A stretch of 38,451 nt of DNA from Burkholderiales bacterium. GTDB taxonomy: Bacteria; Pseudomonadota; Gammaproteobacteria; Burkholderiales; Burkholderiaceae_C. Shown here one piece after another: positions 37,242 to 38,451 of this stretch. Under the pieces are notes generated by a model. The model ran no database searches. It had not been told where the DNA came from and worked only from the letters and a program-made list of their open reading frames with translations. The translations under genes and the position numbers were made by a program. The number at the start of each line of letters is the position of its first letter. Positions within the stretch are counted from its first letter, which is position 1. The stretch covers positions 1 through 38,451 of the forward strand of contig JBBRFR010000001.1 of the NCBI GenBank assembly GCA_038241485.1, given 5' to 3'.

Positions 37242-38366
37242 GTGAGAGTTCTCATCACAGGTGGAGCCGGTTTCATCGGCTCCCACACCGCCGACGCGCT
37301 GCTGCGCGAAGGTTATGCCGTGCGTGTGCTCGACTCGCTCGAAGAGCCGGTGCACCCGGGTCACGCCGTGCCGGCCTACCTCGACCCGCGCATCGAGTTC
37401 ATCCGTGGTGACGTGCGTGACGCGACCGTGCTGCTCGACGCGCTGCGTGGCTGCGACTATGTCTACCACCTGGCTGCGTTTCAAGATTACCTGCCGACCT
37501 TCAGCCGCTTCTTCGACGTCAACGTCACCAGCACCGCGCTGATCTATGAGCTGATCGTGCGCGAGAAGCTGCCGGTGAAGAAGGTGATCGTCGCCTCCAG
37601 CCAGGCGGCCTTGGGCGAAGGCCTGTACCTCGATGCGAATGGCAAGGCCGTGCTGCCCGACATCCGCCCGACCGAACAGCTGGAACACGGCCTGTGGGAC
37701 GTGCAAGCCCCGGCCGGGTTCAGCGGCCCCTTGCAGTGGCAACGCACCGACGAAACCGTGGCCAACCCGCAGAACCAGTACGGCTTGTCCAAGATCGCTG
37801 AAGAGCGTGTGGCGCTGTCGCTGGGCAAGCGGTACGGCATCCCGAGCGTGGCGATGCGTTACTCCATCGTGCAGGGCCCGCGCCAGAGTTTCTACAACGC
37901 TTACAGCGGCGCCTGCCGTGTGTTCAGCTTGAGCTTCCACCTGGGCCGCGAGCCGATGATCTACGAAGACGGCCAGCAGGTGCGCGACTTTGTGAACGTG
38001 CAAGACGTGGTCGACGCCAACCTGCTGGTGCTGCGCGACGAGCGCGCCAACTACGAGATGTTCAACGTGGGCGGTGACGTGCCACACACGGTGGCCTCGT
38101 TTGCCACGGTGGTGGCTGACGTCTTCGGCGCGAAGGGCTACCAAGCCGAACCCTGCGGCAAGTTCCGCTTTGGTGACACGCGCCACATCTGTTCTGACGT
38201 GAGCAAGCTGAAGAACCTCGGCTGGAAGCCCACGCGCACGGTGCATGAGAGCGTGGAGGCCTACAAGGGCTGGCTCTCGACTGCTGACAACGCCGCGCAG
38301 ATCCTCGACTACTGCAACCAGCAGATGGCCGCACTCAACGTGGTGCGCTCGGTCAACAAGGCGTGA
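37242..38366 (+). CDS. NAD-dependent nucleotide-sugar epimerase/dehydratase (extended SDR)
   Basis: VLITGGAGFIGSH, YHLAA, ASS, YGLSK, EDG.Q.RDFV.V.DV, R.GD.RH; GTG start 37242. Confidence 0.92.
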   Translation: MRVLITGGAGFIGSHTADALLREGYAVRVLDSLEEPVHPGHAVPAYLDPRIEFIRGDVRDATVLLDALRGCDYVYHLAAFQDYLPTFSRFFDVNVTSTALIYELIVREKLPVKKVIVASSQAALGEGLYLDANGKAVLPDIRPTEQLEHGLWDVQAPAGFSGPLQWQRTDETVANPQNQYGLSKIAEERVALSLGKRYGIPSVAMRYSIVQGPRQSFYNAYSGACRVFSLSFHLGREPMIYEDGQQVRDFVNVQDVVDANLLVLRDERANYEMFNVGGDVPHTVASFATVVADVFGAKGYQAEPCGKFRFGDTRHICSDVSKLKNLGWKPTRTVHESVEAYKGWLSTADNAAQILDYCNQQMAALNVVRSVNKA

Positions 38367-38394
38367 GCGGAGCTGTGTCGACCCGGAGCAGCGA

Positions 38395-38448
38395 GCGGGC
38401 CGAGCGCCGGGCCGCCCCAAGCCGGCCCGCCATCCCCTCGGGGGATCG
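38395..38448 (+). repeat. REP-like double-hairpin intergenic repeat, copy 2 (at window edge)
   Basis: GCGGGCCGAGCGCCGGGCCGCCCCAAGCCGGCCCGCCATCCCCTCGGGGGATCG; matches 32731-32784. Confidence 0.8.
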
Positions 38449-38451
38449 ACC

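Noticed and set aside
32731-38451. The repeat pair as a CRISPR array or IS ends
   Set aside because: Only two direct copies 5.7 kb apart, with no spacer array, cas gene or transposase.

Overview
GC-rich, probably betaproteobacterial (Burkholderiales-like) window that is one large biosynthetic locus and is open at both ends. It mixes natural-product assembly-line genes with surface-glycan genes. From left to right: a formyltransferase-type NRPS whose Gly-type adenylation domain is interrupted by a luciferase-like monooxygenase; a one-module type I PKS (KS-AT-KR with inserted DH-ACP-TE) coupled to a crotonyl-CoA carboxylase/reductase; two GT2 paralogs; a GNAT-like protein; an AurF-like diiron enzyme with a DltC-like carrier and a DltA-like ligase; a WecB/TagA glycosyltransferase, a polysaccharide deacetylase and another GT2; an SxtJ/SxtK/SxtI-like carbamoylation cassette with a frameshifted SGNH gene; a divergent cassette (DUF1839, amino acid:carrier-protein ligase, acyl-CoA dehydrogenase | AcpS, ACP, GH2, tandem alpha/beta hydrolase); a decayed AT3-SGNH acyltransferase; and heptose/nucleotide-sugar genes (GmhA-like, GT4, HddA-like, epimerase). 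The most interesting reading, which is an inference, is a glycan-decorating system in which three independent carrier-protein pathways build unusual acyl or aminoacyl groups for a heptose-containing polysaccharide or glycoconjugate. No rRNA, tRNA, CRISPR array or transposase was seen. All family calls come from motif recognition by eye, not database searches.
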